Positions 41,857 to 43,029 of a stretch of 43,029 nucleotides of DNA are shown piece by piece. Numbering within the stretch: the stretch's first letter is position 1; each line of letters starts with the position of its first letter. The position numbers and the translations under genes were made by a program. Origin of the DNA: a virus (Duplodnaviria; Caudoviricetes). The notes below the pieces were generated by a model. It had not been told where the DNA came from and made no database searches. It worked only from the letters and a program-made list of their open reading frames with translations. The stretch spans positions 1 through 43,029 of the IMG/VR virus record IMGVR_UViG_3300028422_001978; one strand, 5' to 3'.

Positions 41857-43029
41857 ATGGCTAAGTATACGAAAAGATCTGATGGCCGATATCGTGCTGA
41901 TGTCACTGTCGGTATGAGCGCTGATGGAAAACGCATCCGCAAAACGCTGTACGGCCTAACGATAAAGGAGCTGGACGCAAAGATTGCCGATATAAAATCC
42001 ATGCAAAATAAAGGCGTTACTATATCGGACAACAAAATCACCCTGGGGCAGTGGGCTCAGACTTGGCTTGAGGCTTATAAGCAAGGCGTTGCATACAATA
42101 CCCGCGAGTTATACCGGCACGTGATCGAAAAACATATCAACACCGCAGATGTCGCCTGTTTGCCCTTGACTAAAATTAAAACAGTTGACCTTCAAAGCCT
42201 CGTAAATAAAAAGCAGGACGAAGGACTGACCAGAACGATTGACATGCTCGTTCTTACGCTGCGCCAGATATTTGACCAGGCTGTCGAAAATGACTTGATT
42301 TATAAATCACCGGCAAAGTCGCTTAAAAAACCGCAGATAAAAACAGCACCGAAGCGTGCTCTTTACGATATCGAAAAGCAAGCGATAGAGAAGGCTGCGC
42401 TATCAGACAACAAACGCGCATTCGTTTATCTTGGCATGTATGCTGGATTGCGCCGTGGCGAAATTCTGGCGTTGACTAAAGGTGACTTTGACATAAAAGA
42501 TAAAACGGTCACTGTAAGCAAAACAATTATTTTCAAGGGAAATACAGGTGAGCTCCAGCACTTCCCAAAATCAGAGGCTGGGTTTAGGACTGTGCCCATG
42601 CCGTCAATCTTGCTTGATTTTATGATCGAGTATTTAAAGACCGTTGACCGCGTCTATCTCTTTACAACAGCAAAGGGAGAATTATTCAGCAAGACAGCGA
42701 TGCACCGGCTCTGGCGATCGATTCTTTGCAAGCTCAACAAGGCCGCTGCACCGAAAGACAGCAAGATAAAACCTATATCAGGATTGACACCGCACATTCT
42801 GCGGCACGAATATGCCACCAGCCTCTACTATGCGGGGGTAGATATAAAGACCGCTCAAAAGCTGCTTGGGCACAGCGATATCAAGATGACACTGGCTGTA
42901 TACACTCACCTTGAGCAAGACAACAACGACGTTACTGAGAAGCTGGATAAATTATATTGCGGTAAAAATGCGGTCAATGCCCCAAACGACGATGATGGGG
43001 CAAAAGAAAAAACTCCCGAATGCTCGTGA
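41857..43029 (+). CDS. int: Tyrosine integrase
   Basis: GLRRGEILAL, PKS, HILRH, LGH and VYTH catalytic motifs; N-terminal arm-binding domain. Confidence 0.97.
   Translation: MAKYTKRSDGRYRADVTVGMSADGKRIRKTLYGLTIKELDAKIADIKSMQNKGVTISDNKITLGQWAQTWLEAYKQGVAYNTRELYRHVIEKHINTADVACLPLTKIKTVDLQSLVNKKQDEGLTRTIDMLVLTLRQIFDQAVENDLIYKSPAKSLKKPQIKTAPKRALYDIEKQAIEKAALSDNKRAFVYLGMYAGLRRGEILALTKGDFDIKDKTVTVSKTIIFKGNTGELQHFPKSEAGFRTVPMPSILLDFMIEYLKTVDRVYLFTTAKGELFSKTAMHRLWRSILCKLNKAAAPKDSKIKPISGLTPHILRHEYATSLYYAGVDIKTAQKLLGHSDIKMTLAVYTHLEQDNNDVTEKLDKLYCGKNAVNAPNDDDGAKEKTPECS
42958..42977 (+). repeat. Possible integrase arm-type direct repeat
   Basis: TGCGGTAAA and TGCGGTCAA with 11-bp period at the 3' end of int. 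Confidence 0.4.

Larger units (their letters stand above)
1..43029. mobile_element. Temperate siphophage/prophage (HK97-type head, cos/HNH packaging), truncated at the left end
   Basis: Canonical order: integrase, immunity, early, replication, packaging, head, tail, baseplate; genes tightly packed with ATGA/GTGA overlaps. Confidence 0.97.

Noticed and set aside
42980-43029. att core site
   Set aside because: Window stops at the integrase stop codon and the other prophage end is missing, so no direct repeat can be confirmed

Overview
Nearly complete temperate siphophage (prophage), most likely of a Firmicutes/Clostridia-type host (GGAGG ribosome-binding sites, sigma-A-type promoters, ImmA-like protease, SleB-like hydrolase). 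Right end, + strand: CI-like repressor, ImmA-type protease, lipoprotein and tyrosine integrase. Almost everything else is on the - strand, in the order cro, cII-like gene, xis, a ~600-nt structured non-coding block, recombination (DUF1351, Sak4-like, SSB-like, NinB-like), replication (initiator with iterons, DnaC-like loader), RusA, accessory and modification genes, late activator and late promoter, HNH/cos/terminases, HK97-type head, neck, tail and baseplate. The window ends inside a BppU-like fibre gene; lysis genes and att cores are not visible. Most notable: (1) three tRNA-sized RNAs, each closed by an acceptor-like stem ending in ACCA, of which only one is a recognisable (and atypical) tRNA, separated by other folded modules; (2) the same Ig-like domain fused in frame to both the capsid and the tail-tube protein; (3) a Com-like zinc ribbon with tandem AGTGCC sites just upstream of the tape-measure gene; (4) a 1-nt frameshift splitting the tape-measure gene. 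Product calls rest on motif recognition and gene order, not database searches.
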